A DNA stretch of 63,859 bases, counting the filler, from Conidiobolus incongruus B7586 (taxonomy: Eukaryota), in the NCBI GenBank assembly GCA_000697335.1. It is 22 parts of 22 records of this genome, joined end to end, with 100 filler letters (N's around TTAATTAATTAA, not from the genome) between each part and the next. Parts side by side here need not be neighbours in the genome. Positions count along the whole stretch, not along the records: positions 21,730 to 29,237 come from JNEM01003852.1; positions 29,338 to 34,110 come from JNEM01003853.1; positions 34,211 to 36,613 come from JNEM01003855.1; positions 36,714 to 38,365 come from JNEM01003856.1; positions 38,466 to 44,329 come from JNEM01003857.1; 17 more parts are not named here. One strand, written 5' to 3'. Each line of letters begins with the position of its first letter. Position 1 is the first letter of the stretch. The position numbers were made by a program, and so were the translations under genes. The notes under the pieces were generated by a model that had not been told where the DNA came from, ran no database searches, and worked only from the letters and a program-made list of their open reading frames with translations. This document shows, in pieces, positions 28,101-39,000 of this stretch.

Positions 28101-29650
28101 TGATATATTTTTATTATTTATATAATACAATTGAATTTTTTTTAACCTTTATTCTTATATCTAATTTCAAAGGATTAAAATTTAAATATATAAATTATAT
28201 TGATATAAAATTATATTAAATCAATTTCATCTTAGTTTTATGATTAAATTTTCAAATTCTGAATATAAAAATATTTTTTACATTGTTAATTTAATTAAAT
28301 TTTATTTATCAAAAAATTTTGATATATATTGATTTTATATTCTAAAATAATATATAAATAATGTTCAAATTTGGTTAAGAGATTTTATTAAACTTTGTTA
28401 GATTACTCTTAATCACTAATTAAATTAATTAATTATTTTAATGGTAACATAAAATTATTTTATTTTATATAATTTTTAATTAAAAGTAAACTGAAATTAT
28501 TACTTTATAATATATTTAACTATATATTTCTTTAATATTAAATTTATTACTTTTTGGTGTAAAAAAAATTTGATAATCTTTAAATGTACTATGATTTCTA
28601 TTATAATAATTATGATCATATTAATTCTAATAAATTACACTAAGAATCGATAAATTTAGTTAAATAAACATATCAAATTTTTGATTGTCAACTATTTTAT
28701 ATATTCAATCGTGGAATTTATTCGAAACAATTGTGATTAAAAAATAATGATAGCAAAAACTTATATATTTATTTTTTTATTTATTTATATCAAAAATTAG
28801 ATGGAATATTGATATATATAATATTGTGTAAAAAAATATTTCATATTAATGTCTTACTCATAAATAAAATAATATTATTTAAATTCAAATATTACAAAAA
28901 TATTTTAAAATTATTAAAAAATATTAAATATTCAATAATATCAGATCTTCAGTTAATTTTATATTATATATTAATATTAATTTTATATATTTTATTTCAA
29001 TCAAAATCAACTGAAATTTACAGAGATTTTTTATACTTGAAAAAATTAATATATTATATTTTGTTGTATGGTTGAATAATATAATAACACTACAATCAAA
29101 TAATTCAATTTTTTACTTAAAAATGATTTTTATTTTATAATTTATTATTTTGATATTTTTAAATAAATTTATAATGGTAATAACATTTTTATGTTATATA
29201 ATTGAATTGAAATAAAAATATTTGTAATTTCAAAATANNNNNNNNNNNNNNNNNNNNNNNNNNNNNNNNNNNNNNNNNNNNTTAATTAATTAANNNNNNN
29301 NNNNNNNNNNNNNNNNNNNNNNNNNNNNNNNNNNNNNATAATATACTATATAAATTATAACTTATAAAATTTTTGTTGATTTTAATAATTAGATAATTTG
29401 CTAATAAAAAAATAAATTTCTATATGAGAATTAAATTCTTTAAATATAATATTAAGTTTAAATTTATAATATAAAGTAAAATTATTTAGGAATTAGAACT
29501 TTGACAAAAAAATGGCAAATAATTAATAATTATAAATAAAATTATTAATTTTATATTAGTTTTAGATATTTATAATATATTAATAAGAGTATATTTCCTA
29601 ATTTTATAAATATTAATAAAATAAAATATTATATAACATCAGCTAATATA

Positions 29651-30962
29651 TTACCATGGAATTGAAGATATGGGAAATATTTTAATTTTTGTTTTTTCAA
29701 ACTTATTATTAATTTCAAATGAAAAAATATATACAAAACAAATAGGAAAAAAAATAGTTTTTAATTATATATATATATATATATAATAATTTTTTTGATT
29801 AAAAACATAATTTTTTAAAATTAGTTATTTAATTTAATTATATTTAAAACAAAAAATAACCATCAAAAGTCTTTTATTTTAGTATCAGTAAAACTTAACC
29901 ATAAACCCTTTAAAATAATTCAAAATTTACAAGCAACTTTTGATAATAAAGCATTATCTGAATCAATAATTTATCACTGGGTAAATTATTTTAAGGTTAA
30001 GAGAGAAACTATCCAAAACCTGCCAAAATTTAAAAGACTAATTTCAACTGTCACTGTTCTAATTGTTAATATAGTAAAAAAAAACATATTGAAAAGCACC
30101 CATTTATTTCAGCTAAAGAACTATCAAAACATTTTAATATTATTCATATAAGTATTTTATATATAATAAAGTTTATTGAAAAAAATTAATAAACATATAA
30201 AATGGGTACCTTATAATTTAACTAAAGATCAATAAAAGCTAGAGTAGCTATAGTTAAACAAAACTTACTAAGGTATAGCCAGAAAACCAGGCTTTTATAG
30301 TGAATTATTACAATTGATTAATCTTAGATTCCTTTGTATAATCCTTTACTAAAATATAAATCAAAGTGTTAGATTAAGCCAAATCTACCCCCTCTATAAA
30401 TTCCTTTAAATAAACACTTTGTTGATAAACAAATGTTAATTGTTATAGTGGATTATAATAGCATATGATAATCTTATTTATTCCTAAAGAAAAATCAATT
30501 AATAGTAAACTTTATATTTTTTTTAATTATAACTATTTCTCATTGGTATTCTAAATATAATTTTAGAAGACTTATTATTTTGTATAATAATTACAAAATA
30601 AATAAATTTAAAGTTGTAAAAAACTTTTTAATTAAGAATAACTGGAAAGAACTACCATATCTAGTATATTTCTTATATTATAACCTATGTGATTATAATT
30701 GTTTTGGGCAATTAAAAAACCAGCTTACAGGAAAGAAAATTTCTGCTAAAAAATTTAATTAATTTGTGAAATAATAAATTTCAGTATTAAATAAAAAGAA
30801 CTATTTTTTAGGTGTTAGATCTTTGCTAAAAGTATAGCAAAAAAATTATTAGAAATAAATAAAATTATTAATTTTATAATATATATTTATTTTTATTTTT
30901 TATATATTAAATTTTATTTTTTTTCAATTATAAAAAATCTGATTATTTAAATTACAAAGTAA
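29651..30962 (+). mobile_element. mariner-like DD34D element (family B), full length about 1.31 kb, inactivated
   Basis: TA-TTAC...GTAA-TA ends with imperfect TIRs of about 35 bp, and typical mariner size. Confidence 0.88.
29840..30878 (+). pseudogene. mariner transposase relic (DD34D)
   Basis: HTH segment ALSESIIYHWVNYFK, then KWVPYNLT (=WVPHxL), IITID*S*IPLYNP (=TxDExW), ILYNN (=LHDN) and exactly 34 residues to LPYLVYFLYYNLCDY (=LPHPxYSPDxxPxDY). It has multiple stops and frameshifts. ORF 30580..30762 is its C-terminal remnant. Confidence 0.9.
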
Positions 30963-31628
30963 TATTACTAAAATTATAATTGAATATTAATTTTAATATA
31001 TATAATAGCTTATAAAAATAAGTTATAAAGTCAAAATTTCTTATATATTTACCTATATCTTAAATAATTCTGAATTAAATGAATCTAAATTAAAATATAT
31101 AATTTACCTATATTAGTTGATTATAACTAACTATCTTTGCTTATATTTTATTAACTAATTGTTAATATATTAAAACTTAAAACTTAACCAAGGTAAGTTA
31201 TAAATATATTGGTTTATAAGTTAAAGGGGTTTAAATAATATAATTTAAATAAATATTTTTATTATATTATATATAATATTAAATTATTAAGCTAATGTTA
31301 TAAAATTAATATTTAAAATTAATATCATAGTGCTTAAATCTTTGTCTAAAAAAGTTCAGTGATATATTAATAAATTATATAATAAAATAAATTAATTTAT
31401 AAGATTGCTAGACTTACCAGTATTAGTTCATTAATTATAGCTAAAGTTATTAAAAATAATATTAAAAAAACAACTAAACCAAAATTTAAACAGATTAAAT
31501 TTATAAATAAACATAATGAAAAATATATTTATAAATTTATTAACACAGGTAAATATAATATTATTATAAATATATAATAAGAATTATAAGACTATATAAG
31601 AATATTATTAAATATTAATACTAATATA

Positions 31629-33159
31629 TATTAGCCTACAAAAGTAAATCATAAAATAAAAATCACTTATATATTTACCTATAATTTAAACAATTCTTAA
31701 CTAAATTAATTTAAATTAAAAAATATATTTAATATAATATTGGTTAATATATCAAATCTTAAATTTTAAATAAGGTGAGTCATAAATTTGCAAGTTTAAG
31801 AGTTAAAAGGGTATATAAAGCAAAAATTACTTAAATCTTTTTTTCTTTTATTAAATTATATATATACTAATATTATTATTATAAATTATTATTTTAAATA
31901 ATATTAGTATTAAAATGCTTAAATCCCTCTCTAAAAAGATTCACTTATATATTAATAAACTCTATGGTAAAAATAAATTAACTTATGAGATTATTGAAGT
32001 TACTAGTGCTAGCTAGTTTATTATAGCTAAGGTTGTTAAAAATTATAATAAAGATATATCTAAACCTAAACTTGAGTGTGTTAAGATTATAAATAAATAT
32101 GATCAAAGATATACTTATTGGTTGGTTAATATAGGTAAGTGTAATACTATTGTAGAAATATAAAAAGATTTACAAAATTATATAAGAATATTAGTTAGTA
32201 TTAATACTACTATATATATTTTATATTATAATGGATATCATTTATACTTTAAGAAAAAACACCCCTAACTAAAAAAGTCTTATTTTAAAGCTAGTTGGGA
32301 GTTTGAATATCACCATTAAAGTTGAACTAAAACTGATTAGAGTAAGGTTATTTAATTTAATAAAACAAAAATATACCTTAGTGAATCAGATAAAAAAGCT
32401 AGATATTTTAAAAAAGACAAAAAATTACTTTGTGACCATTATGTTATTTCAACCCAAATATATAATAATAGGTTAATTATAATTTAGGGATGTATGTTAT
32501 CTTTTGGTGTAGGGTATTTTTATAAATTTAATGGGGGAATTAATACTAAGATATATTAAAATATTCTAAATAATAAATTAAAAAAACTATTAAAAAGTAT
32601 AGGTTAAATAAATCAGATGTTATTTTCCAACAAAATAATGCCTTTTGCTATATTACTATTTTTACTACCAAATAGTTTAAAAATAATAAAATAATAGTTA
32701 TGAAGTAGCTTCCTCAATCTTCTAACCTTAATCCAATTAAATATCTTTGGGATTAGTTAAAAAAAATAGTTAAAGCTTTCCTATCAGTAAAAATTTAAAT
32801 GAGCTTTGGGAATATGTTTAAGAAGCTTAAAACAAAATTAATCCTTCTTAATATAAGAAGTTAGTTGATTCTATACCTTATAAACTTAATGAAGTTAGGA
32901 AAGTAAAAGATAGATATACTAAATTTTAATTTTCTTTTTATAACCAAAATACACAAATTTATAACTTATTTTAGATAAAATGTAAACTTTAATATATCAA
33001 TTAAAAGTTAATATAATTAGATCAAATATACTTAATTATAAATAAAAAATATAAGTTTATTATATGTTTTAATTTAAATTAATTTAATTAAGAATTAACA
33101 GAGTTATAAATAATAATATATATAATCATAATTTTATGACTCACTTTTGTGGGCTAGTG
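31629..33159 (+). mobile_element. Tc1-like DD34E element (family A), full length about 1.53 kb, nested copy
   Basis: TIRs TATTAGCCTACAAAAGTAAATCATAAAAT and ATTTTATGACTCACTTTTGTGGGCTAGTG (consensus CACTAGCCCACAAAAGTGAGTCATAAAAT), with a TA duplication on both sides. Confidence 0.93.
31915..32929 (+). pseudogene. Tc1-like transposase relic (DD34E)
   Basis: ATG at 31915. Motifs: FKKKHP*L, D*SKVI*FNKTKI (=DWSKVIWSDETKI), II*GCM..FGVG, FQQNNAFCY (=FQQDNAPCH), then exactly 34 residues to *LPQSSNLNPIKYLW (=WPPQSPDLNPIEHLW), and C-terminal KDRYTKF* (=KGGYTKF). Confidence 0.93.
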
Positions 33160-34238
33160 TATATGTTTTATAATATAGTTAATATCACTTATATTTTAAA
33201 GCAAATACCTTTAATTAAAAAATCTTATTATAGAATTAAATAAGAGTTTAAATGTCAAAATCAAAATTAAATCAATACTAACTAGAGTAAGGTTATTTAA
33301 TCTAATAAAACAAAGATATGTTTTAATAAATCTAATAAAAAAATTAGATATTTCAAAAAAAATTAAAAGAACACTTAAAAAATTATAATATTATAACCAA
33401 AAAATATAATAAAGGGTTAATTGTAGTTTAAGGATATATGCTATCTTAAGGTGTAAAATATTTTTATAGGGTTAATAAAGGAATTAATTTTAAAATATAC
33501 TAAAGTATTTTGAATAATAAATTGAATAAAACTATTGAATAATATGGGTTAAATAAATCAAATATTAATTTTTAACAATATAATACCTTTTATTATATTA
33601 TAAATCTTATTATTAAATAGCTTAAAAATAATAAAATAATTATTATAAAATAATTTGCTTAATATTTTAATCTTAACCCAATTAAATATTTTTAAGATTA
33701 ACTAAAAAAATCAATTAAAGCTTTCCCCCTATCAAAAAATTTAGATAAATATTAAAAGAATATTCAAGAAACTTGGAATAATATTAATTTTACCTAATAT
33801 AAGAAACTAGTTGACTATATAACCTATAAACTTAAAAAGATTAGAAAAACAAAAAATAAATATATTAAATATTAATTTTTCTATTAAAATTAAAACTTGC
33901 AAATTTATAACTTATTTTAAATATATTTTAAATTTTAAGACTTATTTTTGCAAATTAATATATATATGTATTTATAATTAAATATTTATATTTTTTGAAT
34001 AACTATAAAAAATTTCTTTATTTATAAATTAAGAAATATAATTCAATTTATATTATTCTAAATATATTGAAAGATTGAATATTATTAACAAATATTATTT
34101 AATATTATTANNNNNNNNNNNNNNNNNNNNNNNNNNNNNNNNNNNNNNNNNNNNTTAATTAATTAANNNNNNNNNNNNNNNNNNNNNNNNNNNNNNNNNN
34201 NNNNNNNNNNTATTTATAAAATTTAACTAAAATTTATA

Positions 34239-35536
34239 TTATTTTATAATTTAGATAATAAGAATTTTTTATAATTGAAAATAAAACGTTTTAATATATG
34301 AAGAATAAAAATAAATATATAATATAAAATTAATAATTTCTTTTATTTTTAATAACTTTTTGCTATACCTCCAATAATGATTTAATACTTAAAAAATAGG
34401 TCTTTTTATTAAAGACTAAAATTTGATATTTTACTTACCAATTAAATTTTCTTGCAAAAATTATCTTTCTTTTAAGCTGGTTTTTTAATTACCTAAAAAA
34501 ATTATAAACACATAGGTTATAATTTAAGGAATATATTAGATATTGTAGTTTTTTCCAGTTATTTTTAATTAGAAAGTTTTTATAACTTTATATTTATGTA
34601 TTTTGTAATTATTATATAAAATAACAGGTTTTCTCAAATTATATTAAAAATACCAATTAGAAATAGATTTATTTAAAAAAAATATAAAGTTTATTATTAA
34701 TAGATTTTCTTTTAGGAATTAAATAAAAATAACATATTCTATTATAATCTATTATAACAATTAATATTCATTTATTAGCAAAGTGCTTATTTAGAGGAAT
34801 TTATGGAGGGGGTTAATTTAGCTTAATTTAACACCTTGATTTATGTTTTAGCAAAGGATTATATAAAGGAATTTAAGATTCATTAATTGTAATAATTTAT
34901 TGTAAAAGCCTTGGTTTCTAGTTATACCTTAGTAAGTTTTATTTAACAATAGCTACTCTAGCTTTTTTTTCATTTTTAGTTAATTTATAAGGTACCTATT
35001 TTGTATTTTTATTAATTAATTTTAATTTAAACTTTAATATGAATAAAATACTTATATGACTAATATTAAAATATTTTGATAATTCTCTAGCTAAAATAAA
35101 AAGGTGCTTTTTAATATAATTTTTCATTTTATTAATAATTCAAAGTATAATAGTTGAAATTAGTTTTTTAGATTTTGGCAAGTTTTGGGAAATTTCTTTC
35201 CTAGCTTTAAAATAATTTACCTACCAATAAATTGTTGATTTAGATAAAATTTTATTATTAAAAGCTACTTGAAAATCTTAAATGATTTTAAAGGGTTTGT
35301 GGTTAAGTTTTACTAATACTAAAATAAAGACTTTTGATGGTCATTATTTGGTTTAAATATAATTAAATTAAACAACCAATTATAAAAAAAAATTTTAATT
35401 AAAAAAATGATTATATATATAATTCAAAACTATTTATTTTCCTATTTGTTTTATATAAATTTTTTTATTCGAAACTAACAATAAGTATGAAAAATCAAAA
35501 ATTAAAAAATTTCCCATTTTTTTAAATTTATATTAA
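34239..35536 (-). mobile_element. mariner-like (family B) relic, full length
   Basis: Both termini are present with flanking TA, and the reverse complement is colinear with 29651-30962 (AAGGTACCTATTTTG corresponds to KWVP). Confidence 0.9.
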
Positions 35537-35599
35537 TATTCTAAATAATTGAACATTGGAATATATTTGATTAAAATTATTAAGCTCTTAAATAACAGA

Positions 35600-36613
35600 T
35601 AGTGTATATAATTAATGAAATAGATTCTGAAGTATTTAATATATAAAAATAAATATATAATATAAAAAGTATATTTTTCTTTTATATTGTCATTATATGC
35701 CATATTTTTAATTAATTTGATTATTTTTCAAAAATAATTCCTTTTATTAAAGACTAAAATTTATTATTTCATAATTTAATAAAAGTTTATAATAAAGATA
35801 TTTTTGCAAAAATTTTCTTTCTTTAATGCTAATTTTTTAATTTTTTGAAACAATTATAATTATATGAATTATAATTTAAGGAATATAGTAGATATGATAA
35901 TTCTTTTTAATTATTATTGATCAGAAAATATTATATAATTAAAGTATTATTTATTTTTTATAATTATTATGGAAATAATATGATTTCTTAATTATATTAA
36001 AAATACCAACTAAAAAAATATTTTAAAAAAATAATATAGAGTTCATAATTAATTGATTTTTAATATGAATAAAATAACAATATTTTATAATATTATAATT
36101 TATTATTATAATTTAAAATTATTTATCAATAAGATATTTATTTATAGAAATTTATGGGTTAATTAATTTAGAATAATTTAACATTATAATTTATATTTTA
36201 ATAAAAGACTATTTTAAATGATCCAAAATATATAAATTATAATAATTTGTTTTAAAACCTTGGTTTTTGGTTAAATTTTAATAAATTCATTTCATAATGA
36301 TTATTTTATTTTTTCCACTTTGGTTAGATTATAAAATATATATTTTCATATTTCTATTGATTAAACTTAAATTTAATTTATATATATAATCTTAATATAT
36401 TTAATACTCAAATATCTTGATAAAATTTTAATTAAAATAAAAAAATATGTTTTGGTAAATTTTTTGACCATATTTAAAACTAAATAATAATAGTTTAAAT
36501 TAGATTTTTAAATTTTAAAAAGTTTTAAATAATTTTTCAAAAGTTTTTAAAATAACTTGCCTAGTGACAAATGATTTGAATAAATATTATTTAATTATTA
36601 GAAGTTTATTATA
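35600..36613 (-). mobile_element. mariner-like (family B) older, more divergent relic
   Basis: Shares TTTATTAAAGACTAAAAT, TTATAATTTAAGGAATATA and AAAACCTTGGTTT blocks in order with 34239-35536. The start is approximate. Confidence 0.78.
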
Positions 36614-36713
36614 NNNNNNNNNNNNNNNNNNNNNNNNNNNNNNNNNNNNNNNNNNNNTTAATTAATTAANNNNNNNNNNNNNNNNNNNNNNNNNNNNNNN
36701 NNNNNNNNNNNNN

Positions 36714-38049
36714 TAACAATATATAACCATATTTTTTTCTCTCTTTGTTATTATTTTATATAATATTCTATAGATATATTAAATTCTTTTTATTAGTATC
36801 ATAATACTTAAATCCCTCTTTAAAAAAATTTACTTATATATTAATTTACTTTATAAAAAAGATAAATCAACTTATAATATTATTAGAATTACTAATGTTA
36901 GCTAGTTTACTATAGTTAAAGTTATTAAGAATAACAATAAAAACATATTTAAACTTAAATTTAAGTATGTTGAAATTATAAATAAATATAATAAGAAGTA
37001 TATTTATAGGTTAGTTAATATAAGTAAGTATAGTATTGTTATAAAAATATAACAAGAATTATAAGATTATAAAAAAATATTAGTTAGTATTAATACTATT
37101 ATATATGTTTTATATTAGTATAGATACTACTCACATTTTAAGAAAAAACACCCCTAACTAAAAAAATCCCATTGTAAAGTTAAATAAGAGTTTAAATATT
37201 ACTATTAATATTAAGTTAAAACTAATTAAAATAAGGTTATTTAATATAATAAAATAAAAATATATTTTAGTAAATTTAATAAAAAAGCTAAATACTTTAA
37301 AAATAATATAAAATTACTTTATAACTATTATGTTTACTTTATGTAAAAGAATAATAATAGGTTAATTATTATTTGGGGATATATATTGTTTTTAAGTATA
37401 AAGTATCTTTGTAAAGTTAATAAGGGGATTAATGTTAAAATATATTAAAAAATTTTTTAAATCATAAATTGAAAAAATCTATTAAATAATATAGGTTAAA
37501 TAAATCTGATATTATTTTTTAGTAAGATTATGCTTCTTGTTATATTATAACCTTTATTACTAAATAACTTAAAAATAACAAAATAATAGTTATAAAGTGG
37601 TTTTTTTAATCTTTTAACTTTAACCTAATTAAACACTTTTATAATCAGTTAAAAAAACTATTAAAGTTTTCCCTAAAGTAAAAAATTTAAATTAACTTTC
37701 AAAATATATATAAGAAGTATAGAACAAGATTAACTTTTCTTAATATAAAAAGTTAATTGATTTTATATCTTATAAACTTAAAGAAATTAGAAAAGCTAAA
37801 GATAGATATATTAAGTTTTAATATTTTTTATCACCAAAAACCTATAAATTTATAACTCACCTTAGGTAAAATTTAAGGGTTTATATTTTAACCAATTAAT
37901 AGTTAAATATCTTCATTTAATAATATATATTATTAATAAATATAATAGGTTTAATTATTTAATTTAAGTTTATTTCATTAAATATTAATCAAGTTATTAG
38001 TAGAAATATAAGTGTTTTTGATTTTATAACTTATTTTTATAGGTTAGTG
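36714..38049 (+). mobile_element. Tc1-like (family A) relic with right terminus
   Basis: Colinear with 31830-33159. Inner DR AAATTTATAACTCACCTT at about 37846; ends ATTTTATAACTTATTTTTATAGGTTAGTG-TA. Confidence 0.9.
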
Positions 38050-38603
38050 TATTAAAAACTATAATTAATTTTTATTTAAAAGTTTTCCAACTATTAAATT
38101 TTTAAGTTAATAATAGAAATTTTTAAAAATTAAAAATAATATATTTGATTTATATCTCTTATTTATTATAAAATTAGATAATATTTACCAATTTAAGTCA
38201 AATAATATATTTGGATATTAATCTATTATTATTATTAATTAATCAATATATTTTCCTATTTATTATAATTTATGTATATAAATAAATTATAAATTCATTT
38301 AGTTAGTTTTTTTCAAATTAGATTATTTCTCATAAAAAATTATTTCCACTTATTAATTATAATATNNNNNNNNNNNNNNNNNNNNNNNNNNNNNNNNNNN
38401 NNNNNNNNNTTAATTAATTAANNNNNNNNNNNNNNNNNNNNNNNNNNNNNNNNNNNNNNNNNNNNATATTAAAAATATATTTAAATTCTATTATAAATAT
38501 ATAAAAATTATAAATAGATATAATAAGATATTTATTAATAAATAAATCAATATAAAAAAATAAATTATTATTATCAAAATAAAAAAAATTATATAACTAT
38601 ATA

Positions 38604-39000
38604 TGTTAAGAAACTAATTCTATAAATTCTTATATATACTTTCATATAATTCAATTAACTATAAATTATATGATTAATTTATACTTTTATCGCTAAATTA
38701 ATTATATAAATAGGATTGAATTATCTAATAAACTAGATTTCTTTTTTTCCTCTCAATTTTTATTATTTTTATCTTTTTCATTATTTCTAATATTAAAACT
38801 ATATTTTATCAATATTATAGTATATTAACACTATCTAATATAAATCTTAATATATTAGTGACTTATTCTAGTTTGAAGCTTAATTAAACTTTGTTTATAT
38901 TTGTATATTATAGCTATATTATAATATTATATTTTATATTATACTATTTCTATATTAAGTCTTTTTCTATACTACATTAGTATTTACCACTATATTTATA
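38604..39000 (+). repeat. 5' LTR of family C
   Basis: TGTTAAGAAACT...ATTTACCACTATATTTATA, a direct repeat of 43902-44299. Confidence 0.9.

Larger units (their letters stand above)
31003..33960 (+). mobile_element. Tc1-like (family A) outer copy, interrupted by a nested copy
   Basis: Left TIR relic TA-TAATAGCTTATAAAAATAAGTTATAAA at 31001. The transposase breaks at TA 31627-28 and resumes in register after 33161. The right TIR relic ends at 33960, with an internal deletion. Confidence 0.88.

Noticed and set aside
28809..29075. 88-aa ORF
   Set aside because: I/L/K/Y/N-dominated translation of AT-rich noncoding DNA with a TTG start.
31776..31782. TGAGTCA in the Tc1 DR as a Gcn4/AP-1 site
   Set aside because: It is sufficiently explained as part of the transposase-binding DR, with no independent evidence of regulation.
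31915..32929. Alternative genetic code (TAA/TAG reassigned) or RNA editing rescuing the transposases
   Set aside because: Stops fall at both W and Q positions, differ between copies, and come with D->N, E->K and P->L changes and frameshifts. The intact mL40 gene uses the standard code with a TAG stop.
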